DNA of 54,779 nucleotides from the NCBI GenBank assembly GCA_051011575.1, contig JBPCTR010000304.1, positions 1-54,779 on the forward strand. Reading direction: 5' to 3'. This stretch comes from Acidimicrobiales bacterium (lineage in GTDB: Bacteria; Actinomycetota; Acidimicrobiia; Acidimicrobiales; SHLQ01). The notes below the pieces were generated by a model. It was given only the letters and a program-made list of their open reading frames with translations. It searched no databases and was not told where the DNA came from. The stretch's first letter is position 1; the number at the start of each line of letters is the position of its first letter. Both the position numbers and the translations under genes were made by a program. Below are positions 27,664 to 36,500 of the stretch, piece by piece.

Positions 27664-28511
27664 TGGTCCGCGTGGCCGAGCCCGACGACGCTGCCGCCCG
27701 TCGGACGGTGCCACCGGTGGTCTGCTACGACCTCGAGAACCTTCCCCCGCTCGACGCCTCGTACGAGACGGCGCGGATGGAGCTGTCGAAGATAGACGAG
27801 ATCCTCGTTCCACCCCGCGAGGCGCGCACGTTTCGTGTTCCGGCAGGACACTTTTTCCGGATCGTCAGCGTCGAGGGGCCGCAGGTGGGCGACCTCAACC
27901 TGTGGAATCAACACGACCTGAGCGAACGATTCTTCAGCGGCAAGACGCGTCAGCTCCACGCCACCCATGTGACCCGTGGCGATCGACTGTGGAGCAGCAT
28001 TCCTCATCTGCGGCCGCTCGCCACGATCACGCACGACACCCTCGAGTGGTACGGCTTCGATGCCGACGGCGGTGGAGTCCACGACGTGATCGGGACACGA
28101 TGCGATCCCTACACCGAGGCGATGCTGAACGAACGCGACTACCACCACTGTTGCCATTCGAATCTGAGTCGCGCACTCGCCGACGAGACGGGCCTACCGA
28201 TTCACGACGTCGAAGCCGACGTCCACGATGTGCTCAACGTGTTCATGTGCACGGGGTTCACCCTCGATACGCATCAGTACTTCATGAAAGCGAGCCCCGT
28301 ACGACCCGGTGACTTCATCGAGTTCGTCGCCGAGCTTGACCTACTCGGAGCGTTGTCGGCTTGCCCGGGCGGCGATTGCGGCAGCACTCATTCCGACGAC
28401 CAGGCCGCGTGCCATCCCCTTCTCGTGGAGATCCACGAACCCCCGGCTTCGTTCCTCGCAGAGTGGACGAGCCGCCCGGCCAACAGCTACGACAGGAGCC
28501 ACGGGCGCTAG
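27663..28511 (+). CDS. DUF1989 / urea-carboxylase-associated family protein (function unknown)
   Basis: Motifs typical of this family as I recall it: FRIVSVEGPQVGDLNLWN, VIGTRCDPY, and a Cys-rich tail. The ATG overlaps the LivF-like stop (TGATG). Confidence 0.65.
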   Translation: MVRVAEPDDAAARRTVPPVVCYDLENLPPLDASYETARMELSKIDEILVPPREARTFRVPAGHFFRIVSVEGPQVGDLNLWNQHDLSERFFSGKTRQLHATHVTRGDRLWSSIPHLRPLATITHDTLEWYGFDADGGGVHDVIGTRCDPYTEAMLNERDYHHCCHSNLSRALADETGLPIHDVEADVHDVLNVFMCTGFTLDTHQYFMKASPVRPGDFIEFVAELDLLGALSACPGGDCGSTHSDDQAACHPLLVEIHEPPASFLAEWTSRPANSYDRSHGR

Positions 28512-28524
28512 CCCGCAATCGCGT

Positions 28525-28941
28525 TCAGCCCGTCTTCGCGATCAACACGGCGCAAGGCGCCCTGTGCGCGACGTCCTCGGCGACGCTCCCGAACACGCGG
28601 GCGACGCCCTGCACGTTCTTGTTGCCGACAACGATCACGTCGGCATCCAGCGATCGCGCCTCATTGATCAGCACACGGGCGGGTCCGCCCTCGACCGCGG
28701 CGGTGCTCACGCGGAGGTGTCGGAAGTCGTCGGCGACCCGATCGAGTCGATCGTTGGCGATTTCGACGTCGGACATGACTCGACGGTCGGAGCCGTCACC
28801 AAAATCGTGGACTTCGTCCTTCGGGACCGCAGTAACGACATGCATCGTCCCGCCGGACATCTCGGCGATGTTGCTCGCTTCCTGAACGGCGCGCATGGCC
28901 CTGTCGGTGCCGTCGTATCCGACAACGATCGTCTTGAACAT
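28525..28941 (-). CDS. Universal stress protein (UspA family)
   Basis: MFKTIVVGYDGTDRAMRA...DADVIVVGNKNVQG...GSVAEDVAHRAPCAVLIA. Confidence 0.9.
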   Translation of the reverse strand: MFKTIVVGYDGTDRAMRAVQEASNIAEMSGGTMHVVTAVPKDEVHDFGDGSDRRVMSDVEIANDRLDRVADDFRHLRVSTAAVEGGPARVLINEARSLDADVIVVGNKNVQGVARVFGSVAEDVAHRAPCAVLIAKTG

Positions 28942-29035
28942 GGTGATGACCTCGGTCTTTCGGGGGGATGGTCACGGAAGCACTCAAGGCTACGAACTAC
29001 CGCCGACTGCGGAGGTGAGTCCGGATTGGCAGCTG

Positions 29036-29047
29036 TCACATGTGACT
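29036..29047. promoter_or_regulatory. Perfect 12-nt palindrome GTCACATGTGAC in the USP / ornithine-cyclodeaminase divergent intergenic region (candidate operator)
   Basis: Read directly from the sequence. It lies in a 188-bp divergent promoter region. The cognate regulator is unknown. Confidence 0.25.
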
Positions 29048-29129
29048 CCGGGCGCAGTAGGTGTGATTCTCGGGCCTCGCGCCCTTCAGCGACTGGACGG
29101 GCACCGACCGAGCAACTACGACAGGACCC

Positions 29130-30071
29130 ATGCCAGACAGGACCCGATTCTTCAGCCCGAGCCAGGTGGCCGAGCTGCTGCCGTGGGACTCGCTCATCCA
29201 GGCGATCGAGACGGTCGTGCTCGAGGAGGGTGCCTTCTCTCCGGCCCGTACGGTGCACGTCGTTCCGGATGGGAAGGGCAACGACGCCGCCTTCCTGCTT
29301 AAGCCAGGGTGGGTCGCCGGAGACGTGATTGCGGTCAAGGCGGTCACGTTCTTCCCCGACAACGGCGAGCTCGGGTTGGCGACGATCAATGCGGGTGTCC
29401 TGCTCTTCAGCGGGGCCGATGGAACGTTTCTTGGCGCCTGCGACGGCAACGAGTTGACCACCCGCCGAACGGCGGCCGCCTCGGCGGTGGCGGCGAAGCG
29501 ATTGGCCCGAGAAGACGCAAAGCGCCTGCTCGTCGTTGGAACCGGCGCGCTTTCCCCGATGGTGGCGCAGGCACATTCAGCGGTGCGCGACTTCGATGTG
29601 GTCGAAGTGTGGGGGAGAAGCGCCTCCAAGGCGGCTGTGGTCGTCGACGATCTTCGGAAGCTCGGTCTCGTGGCTTCGGTCTCCAGCGACCTCGACTCCA
29701 GCGTTGCCCGAGCCGATGTGGTCACCTGCGTGACCGGGTCGACCTCGCCGCTGATCAAGGGCGCGCTGCTGTTGGAGGGTTCTCACGTCGATCTCATCGG
29801 AGCGTTCACGCCGGAGATGCGCGAAACCGACGACGACGTGATGGCGGGGGCGTCGATCTTTGTCGACACGCGCGACGACGGGATGCTGGCGGGAGACCTC
29901 GCCCAGCCTCTCGCGTCCGGCGTGATCAGCCCGCACAACATTCTCGCCGATCTTCGCGATCTGGTAGCAGGCGACCACCCCGGCCGGGCATCGCCAGCTG
30001 AACGAACGTTGTTCAAGAGCGCCGGATTCGCGCTCGAGGACGTCGCGGCCGCCCGTCTCGTATTCGCCTGA
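29130..30071 (+). CDS. Ornithine cyclodeaminase / mu-crystallin family protein
   Basis: Family-typical motifs LTTRRTAAASAVAAKRLA and Rossmann LLVVGTGALSP, at 313 aa. Confidence 0.85.
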   Translation: MPDRTRFFSPSQVAELLPWDSLIQAIETVVLEEGAFSPARTVHVVPDGKGNDAAFLLKPGWVAGDVIAVKAVTFFPDNGELGLATINAGVLLFSGADGTFLGACDGNELTTRRTAAASAVAAKRLAREDAKRLLVVGTGALSPMVAQAHSAVRDFDVVEVWGRSASKAAVVVDDLRKLGLVASVSSDLDSSVARADVVTCVTGSTSPLIKGALLLEGSHVDLIGAFTPEMRETDDDVMAGASIFVDTRDDGMLAGDLAQPLASGVISPHNILADLRDLVAGDHPGRASPAERTLFKSAGFALEDVAAARLVFA

Positions 30072-30103
30072 TCCACGCGACTCAACGCCGTCGCGGTCGA
30101 TGG

Positions 30104-31714
30104 ATGCCAATGCGGATCCTTCGAGTCTTCGTCCTGGCGGGTCTGCTCACAGCCGCGTGCGGGTCGACGCCACCAGGCGACGACGTGTCCGGGTCGACGA
30201 TCGACGAAGAGCCGGCATCGACTCCTGCATCCACCGCTGACACAGGCGTCGTCGCCGACCCAGATGGTGCCCGAGCCTCGGTGAAGGATCTGCTGGTCGC
30301 GGCCAATGCTGGTGACCCCCTCGGGTTTCTCGCGGCCGTCGACCCGGCCGAGCGCGAGGCCCTGTCGCAGATTTATGCCTCACTGGTGGAAGGCATCGAG
30401 CGCGACTGGCCACACGTCGCTGTTGAGACGGCGCTACCAGGCCTGGATCCGGCCATCGACGTGGGCCGTCTCGACGTCGAAGTACTGTCGTCCGACCTGG
30501 CGTGGGTCTCGACCGATTCGGTCTCCCTCTTCCTGAACGATCCCGCCGTGTTGGGCTACTTCACCACCCGCGATGGCGAGTGGTACCCGAGCGACGCCAT
30601 CGAAATCGATGATCTCGCCTTCGATGGCCCCGAGTTCGTCTCGCCGGGTGTGGTTGCCGTTCGGATCGACGGTGAGTGGCGAGTGTCGTTTGCCAGAACC
30701 GCGGCGGAGCTGATCAGGCGGGGTTACGGCCTGGCCGATCGGTACGGCGACACGACGATCGAGATCGGTCCGGGTGCCCCGTCACCGATCGATGCTGTCG
30801 CGCAGTTCTTCGAGGCGCTCGAGTCGGCCGACATCGACGCGATCCGGCGGACCGTGACACCCGGGGAGTCGGCGACCCTGGGCGACGTCGACGCTGCACT
30901 CGGACGCCTGTTCTCCGATATGACGTCCACCGGTAGATGGTCGGCACGAGTTGCAGATCTCACGCTCGTGGCCGAAGAGGACGGACGGGCCATCGTCGGA
31001 TCAGGGCGGCTCGAGCTGGGTTTGCGCGGCGCATGGGAGAGCCTTTCGGAATCCGGCGAATGGGTCAGCGGAGATGGTGACCACGTGGTCACCACCGACC
31101 GGGCCTGCGCGACGCTCGTCTGGCGGGTCGACGACTGGTCGGGCTGCGCCGGCAGCGGGATCGACGACGGTCTCGTCTTCGCCGGCGTGCACGACGACCT
31201 CGGGTGGGTGGGGCCGCGAATTGCTGTGGTGGAGGTCGACGGGGCCTGGTTCGTCTCGATCTTCGAGACAGTCCAGCTGGTCGCCGAGCCGCTCGCAGCG
31301 GAACCACTGTTCGCACTGGTCGAGTTTCCCGGATGGGAGGTCCCTGGCTACTGGGTTGCCATGGACGAGGCTGCACGGTCCTTGCCGTTGATCGAGCCGG
31401 GCGGACGCGAGATGCTCACGCCGCTGGCTGCCGGGCGCATCCAGATGGCGCGCGTGGCGACAGGCTCGGCCGGTGGGCGGATCGTGGTGGACGTTCCGGG
31501 AGAGCGCGATGACGACTGCGAACTCGGTGTGTGGCTGCACGAGCTCGTCCGGCAGGACCTGGATGAGGGAGACGAATTCCGCGAGTGGGCTGAGTGCGAC
31601 GAGCCCGTCGACGTGCCCGGCGGTGTCACCCTCGTCGTCCAAGTAGATCGCGGGATTGGCTACGGCACCGCTCCACCCGTTGGTGAGCGTGCGACCGTGT
31701 GGAACGACTCGTGA
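30104..31714 (+). CDS. Secreted lipoprotein of unknown function with two internally similar modules
   Basis: Lipobox LAGLLTAAC. There are two helix-then-sheet modules, ASVKDLLVAANAGDPLGFLAAVDP...VVAVRIDGEWRVSF and PIDAVAQFFEALESADIDAIRRTVTP...IAVVEVDGAWFVSIF. These resemble NTF2-like lipoprotein domains. Confidence 0.7.
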   Translation: MPMRILRVFVLAGLLTAACGSTPPGDDVSGSTIDEEPASTPASTADTGVVADPDGARASVKDLLVAANAGDPLGFLAAVDPAEREALSQIYASLVEGIERDWPHVAVETALPGLDPAIDVGRLDVEVLSSDLAWVSTDSVSLFLNDPAVLGYFTTRDGEWYPSDAIEIDDLAFDGPEFVSPGVVAVRIDGEWRVSFARTAAELIRRGYGLADRYGDTTIEIGPGAPSPIDAVAQFFEALESADIDAIRRTVTPGESATLGDVDAALGRLFSDMTSTGRWSARVADLTLVAEEDGRAIVGSGRLELGLRGAWESLSESGEWVSGDGDHVVTTDRACATLVWRVDDWSGCAGSGIDDGLVFAGVHDDLGWVGPRIAVVEVDGAWFVSIFETVQLVAEPLAAEPLFALVEFPGWEVPGYWVAMDEAARSLPLIEPGGREMLTPLAAGRIQMARVATGSAGGRIVVDVPGERDDDCELGVWLHELVRQDLDEGDEFREWAECDEPVDVPGGVTLVVQVDRGIGYGTAPPVGERATVWNDS

Positions 31715-32190
31715 CGCTGCCCTCCGATGTGACGCTTCGGATGGCGGCGGCTGCGCTGGCACTATCGGTGGCCGTGCTGCCCGCCTACACGGTGGGGAGA
31801 CAGGCATACGGTGCCAGGGCCTTCGCTGCGCGGGTCGGCGAGCTCGAATCGCTCACAATCGTGAATGCGACATGGGCATGGCCTGCAAGGGCGCTCCTCG
31901 GCGCTGCCCTCTTGGCCGCCATTGGTTCTGTCTCCCAGAAACGGGTTCTTCGGGCGTTCACGACTCTCGCGTTCGTCGTCGCGACAGGGGCTTCATTCCT
32001 GAGCTGGCGTCTCGTCGCCACGTCAGAGCTCATCGCGCCGGCCACAGGTCTCTTCGTCGCCATCATCGCATCGGCTGTTGGCCTTCTGTCGGCGGCACGG
32101 CCCCATCCCATGCGTTCGCACACTCTCGGACGGGGTCTGACCCCTTTCTTGAAAAAGGGGTCAGAGCCCGCCACGCCAAAAGGGGTCTGA
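31711..32190 (+). CDS. Small integral membrane protein of unknown function (about 4 TM)
   Basis: High GC3 and four hydrophobic segments. The GTG at 31711 overlaps the lipoprotein stop (GTGA); an alternative GTG lies at 31699. The last ~20 codons and the stop lie inside the palindromic repeat element. Confidence 0.55.
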   Translation: MTLPSDVTLRMAAAALALSVAVLPAYTVGRQAYGARAFAARVGELESLTIVNATWAWPARALLGAALLAAIGSVSQKRVLRAFTTLAFVVATGASFLSWRLVATSELIAPATGLFVAIIASAVGLLSAARPHPMRSHTLGRGLTPFLKKGSEPATPKGV

Positions 32191-32198
32191 CCCCTCGG
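32131..32198. repeat. ~62-nt composite palindromic repeat element (copy B)
   Basis: Sequence CGGGGTCTGACCCCTTTCTTGAAAAAGGGGTCAGAGCCCGCCACGCCAAAAGGGGTCTGACCCCTCGG. It has an 11-12 bp hairpin plus a third GGGGTCTGACCCC unit, and by eye is about 85% identical to 39054-39116. Confidence 0.75.
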
Positions 32199-32223
32199 AG
32201 CGTTGGGGTTTAGGTTGAGGGGA

Positions 32224-33573
32224 ATGGACTCGGGGTTGGTGCAGGCCGAAATCGACTCGTTCTGGGAGCTCACGGGCGGCGGGGAATCCCCAACGGTCGA
32301 GCTGACCGGTTCGGTGCCGGGGGATCGATCGGCCTTTCGTGTCGGACTGGCGGCATCAGCCGCCTCTTCCTCGGTACCCGCTGCCGTCGCGGACATCCTC
32401 GGTATGCCAAGCGCAACGCTCGATCCCGCGCTGGCGCTCGCCGGCTTCTGCGGTTACGTACGACGCGAGGGCGAGAAGGTTCCCGCCTGGGCGCCGCTGT
32501 CGGGGTACTACCGCACCGCCGACGACCGCCTCGTACAGCTTCACTGCAACTTCGCCCACCACGCGGCCGGTGTGGCGGCTCGCCTCGGCGTGCCGGAGGA
32601 CCGAGAGGCATTCGAGCGCGCGATCGCCACGTGGAAGGCCGAGGAGCTCGAGACGGCTCTGATCGACGACGGCATGATCGCCGCGGTCTGTCGGACCCTT
32701 GAGGAGTGGGACGATCACCCCCATGCCATGGCGGTGGCCGACCTGCCCCTGCTCTCCGTCGATCGGCTCGCCGTCGGGCCGCGGGGTGGACAGCTCGAAC
32801 TCGACGTTGACCTGCCGCTCGCGGGTGTACGCGTGCTCGATTGCTCACGGGTGCTTGCGGGTCCGGTTGCGGGTCAGACGCTCGCCAACCTCGGCGCCGA
32901 CGTGATGCGGGTGGGCGCGGAGCATCTCCCGTTCGTCGACATCGGCGTCATGGCAACTGGTACCAGCAAGAGGAACGTGAACATCGATCTGCGCACACCC
33001 GAAGGGCGTACGAGTTTCACCCAACTACTCGAACGTGCCGACGTGATGATCGACGGCTTCCGCCCCGGTGCGCTCGAGGACCATGGGTTCGGCCCCGACG
33101 AGGTCGCGCGCGTTGCGCCGCAGTGCTCGGTCGTCCAGATCAGCGCATTCGATCGAATCGGCTCGTGGGCGGGCCGCCGCGGCTACGACTCGATCGTGCA
33201 GTCGACCACCGGGATCGTGCGTGCCGGGATGGAGGCCGCGACGGCCGACATGCCCACACCTCTTCCAGTTCAAGCCCTCGACTACACGACCGGTTTCTTC
33301 GCGGCGGCAGCAGCCATCAGAGCGATCGAGCGGCAACGACGCACGGGGGAATCCGTCATCGCACAGCTGTCGCTGATTCGGACCCGCAACTGGCTCGTAG
33401 GCCTCGGCGGCCCGGCACCTTTCACTCCGCAGGCGATCACCCCGGAACAGAACCAGCTCGCGATCGTGTCCTCGGACTTCGGAGACCTCGAGCTCGTGCG
33501 GCCCTTTGTCGGCACATGGCGTTGGGGGCCGAGGCTTCTCGGTGCCGACACCGCTGCCTGGCAAGAGGCATGA
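32224..33573 (+). CDS. Family III CoA-transferase-like protein with non-canonical (apparently permuted) motif order
   Basis: The LAGVRVLDCSRVLAGPVAGQTLANLGADVMRV motif is normally N-terminal but sits at about aa 200. The YYRTADDRLVQLH...LEEWDDHPH region is normally central/C-terminal but sits at about aa 95-170. ATG at 32224 behind a GAGGGG RBS. Confidence 0.75.
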   Translation: MDSGLVQAEIDSFWELTGGGESPTVELTGSVPGDRSAFRVGLAASAASSSVPAAVADILGMPSATLDPALALAGFCGYVRREGEKVPAWAPLSGYYRTADDRLVQLHCNFAHHAAGVAARLGVPEDREAFERAIATWKAEELETALIDDGMIAAVCRTLEEWDDHPHAMAVADLPLLSVDRLAVGPRGGQLELDVDLPLAGVRVLDCSRVLAGPVAGQTLANLGADVMRVGAEHLPFVDIGVMATGTSKRNVNIDLRTPEGRTSFTQLLERADVMIDGFRPGALEDHGFGPDEVARVAPQCSVVQISAFDRIGSWAGRRGYDSIVQSTTGIVRAGMEAATADMPTPLPVQALDYTTGFFAAAAAIRAIERQRRTGESVIAQLSLIRTRNWLVGLGGPAPFTPQAITPEQNQLAIVSSDFGDLELVRPFVGTWRWGPRLLGADTAAWQEA

Positions 33574-36500
33574 GTGCGGCGGCCCACAGCGTGAACGACG
33601 CCGATGGTCTGGTCGAGACGGCGATCGACCTCGTCTCGACGTGGCTGAAGCGAGCGGACGAACTCGAGACCGCCGACGAGCGCGCCACCATGGCTCAGCT
33701 CGAGGGCGTGATCGTCGATCCTGACGGCGTCGACTTCGTGATGCGGTTCGTCGATCGGGTGGTCCGCCCCGACGACAATCGTGTGGCCGCCGACCAGCTG
33801 GCATCGATCGTGGCCGATCACCGCCTTCCCGGATTCCTCAGCACCATCGACCGGACTCTCCTTCGTGCCGGTGCGAAGCTCGGGCCGATCCTGCCCGGGG
33901 TGGTCATGCCCCTTGCCCGCCGCCGAATGCGTTCGATCGTGGGCCACCTCGTCGCCCCGGCCGAACCAGGGAGGCTCGAGGCACACCTCGCCGTCCAGCG
34001 CGAACATGGATACGCGCTGAACGTCAACCTGCTCGGCGAGGCGGTGCTCGGCGAGCGGGAGGCGACTCGGCGCCTCGACGAACTCCTCGCCGTGGTCGAT
34101 CAACCCGATGTCGACTACGTGTCGGTCAAGGTGTCCGCGGTTGCCAGCCAGCTGAACCACTTCGCACACGAGGCCAGCCTCGCTCGAATCATCGACCGCG
34201 TCCGGGTGTTGATTGATCAAGCCGCCCGGGTCGCGCCTCCAACGTTCGTGAACTTCGACATGGAGGAGTACCACGATCTCGACCTCACACTCGATGCCTT
34301 CATGCATGTGCTCGGCGAGCCGGAGTACGCCACCGTCGATGCCGGCATCGTCCTTCAGGCGTACCTACCCGACGCGCTGCCCGCGATGCAGCGCCTCGTC
34401 GCCTGGGCGAACGAGCGACACGACGCAGGTGGCGGGGAGATAAAGATTCGACTCGTAAAGGGCGCGAACCTCGCGATGGAACAGGTCGATGCGGCGATGC
34501 ACGGGTGGGTCCAGGCGCCCTTCGACACGAAGGTCGAGACCGACGCCAACTACGTGCGATGCCTCGACTGGTTGCTCCAGCCCGGTCTGATGCGTGGGGT
34601 GAGGCTCGGGCTTGCCAGCCACAACCTGTTCGACATCGCATGGACGCACCTGCTCGCCGCCGAACGCCGTGTGTCCGATCGGGTGCAGTTCGAAATGCTC
34701 CAGGGGATGGCGCCGAGCCATGCCAGGACGGTGGCCGAGGCGACACCCGACGCTCCAGCACCGCTTCTGCTGTACACGCCGGCGGTGCGCTCGGCCGACT
34801 TCGACGTGGCGATCAGCTACCTGTTCCGTCGCCTCGAAGAGAACGCAAGCGACGACAACTTTCTGCGTCACCTGTTCGGTCTCGCACCCGGGAGCGCACC
34901 GTTCGAGGAGCAGGCCGGGATCTTCCGCGAGTCGGTACGCCTCCGGGAGGGCGTGCAGCTGGGATCGCGACGACACCAGGACCGCGCCGCGCCCCCGACA
35001 GCTCCCTATGACATCGGCGAGCCGTTCGTGAACGAGCCCGACACCGATCCCACCGCACCGGCCAATCGTGCGTGGATCGAGATCGTGGCCGCCCGATCGA
35101 CCATGGATCCGAGCACGCCGATCACGACCGAGATCGCACACATCGAAACTGTTGTCGCTCGAGCCCGGGTCGCCTTCGAGCCGTGGTCTAGGACCGCCGC
35201 AGCCGAGCGTCAGACGATGCTCCACCGGGTGGCGCTCGAACTGTCGAACCGTCGAGGCGACCTGATCGCGACGATGATGCATGAGGCCAACAAGACCCTC
35301 GTCGAGGCCGACGTGGAGGTGTCGGAGGCCATCGACTTCGCTCGCTGGTACGGCGATCGCGCGCTCGAGCTGGTCGACGATCGGGCGACATTCCGTCCGT
35401 TCGGCGTGGTGGCCGTAGTGCCGCCGTGGAACTTCCCCGTCGCGATTCCGGCGGGAGGGGTACTCGCATCGCTTGCCGCCGGAAACGCGGTCGTATTCAA
35501 GCCGGCCCCCGAAACCCCGCGCTGCGCCGAGATCGTGGCCGAGGCCTGTTGGGCCGCGGGCGTGCCTCTCGACGCGCTCCAGTTCGTGCGAACCCCCGAC
35601 GACGAGGTCGGTGCCCGCCTGATCACGAGCGCCGATGCGGTGATCCTGACCGGCTCGACGGTCACGGCCGAGCTGTTCCGATCGTGGAAGCCAGAGATCA
35701 GGCTGTTCGCCGAGACCTCGGGCAAGAACGCAATCATCATCACTCCCAACGCAGATGTCGACCTCGCCGTTGCCGATCTCGTGGCGTCGGCGTTCGGGCA
35801 CAGCGGGCAGAAGTGCTCGGCCGCGAGCCTGGCGATTCTTGTGGGAGACGTGTACGACTCGCCTCGTTTCCGACGTCAGCTCGTCGATGCCGTCGAGAGC
35901 ATCGACATCGGGCCGGCCACCGATCTTTCAACCACGATGACGCCGATCGTGGGCCAGCTGAACGAACGCCTCGAACGTGGCCTGACCCAACTCGACCAGG
36001 GCGAACGATGGCTGGTCCAGCCCCAGCTTCTCGAGAGAGACTCGATCATGTGGTCGCCGGGTGTCCGGATCGGCGTGGAGCCGGGGTCGTGGTTCCACCG
36101 AACGGAGTGCTTCGGACCGGTGCTCGGCCTGATGCGAGCCGATGATCTCGAGCACGCGATCGAGCTGCAGAACTCGAGCGACTTCGGCCTCACCGGCGGA
36201 ATCCACTCTCTCGATCCGAACGAGATCGGAAGGTGGGATGAGCTGGTCGAGGTGGGCAACGCCTACGTCAACCGGGCGATAACCGGAGCGATCGTGCAGC
36301 GCCAGCCGTTCGGCGGCTGGAAGATGTCGTCCGTCGGACCCGGAGCGAAGGCGGGCGGGCCGAACTACGTGGCCCAGCTCGGCTCGTGGACGCCGACTGC
36401 CTCCGAGAACGGCGACGACTACGACGAATGGTGGCGTACCCACTTCTCGATCGACCACGACCCGACCGGCTTGTTCTGCGAGGCGAACATCTTCCGCTAT

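Noticed and set aside
29036-29047. Crp/GlxR binding site
   Set aside because: The site contains TCACA and TGTGA, but in inverted order and without the 6-nt spacer of TGTGA-N6-TCACA. It is kept only as a generic candidate operator.
32841-33569. 243-aa N-terminal extension of the putA ORF (ORF 32841..36848, 1335 aa)
   Set aside because: The extension is Arg-rich, lies out of frame over the CoA-transferase gene, and has no PutA homology. The PutA-like sequence begins at MSAAAHSV (ATG at 33570), which overlaps the upstream stop.
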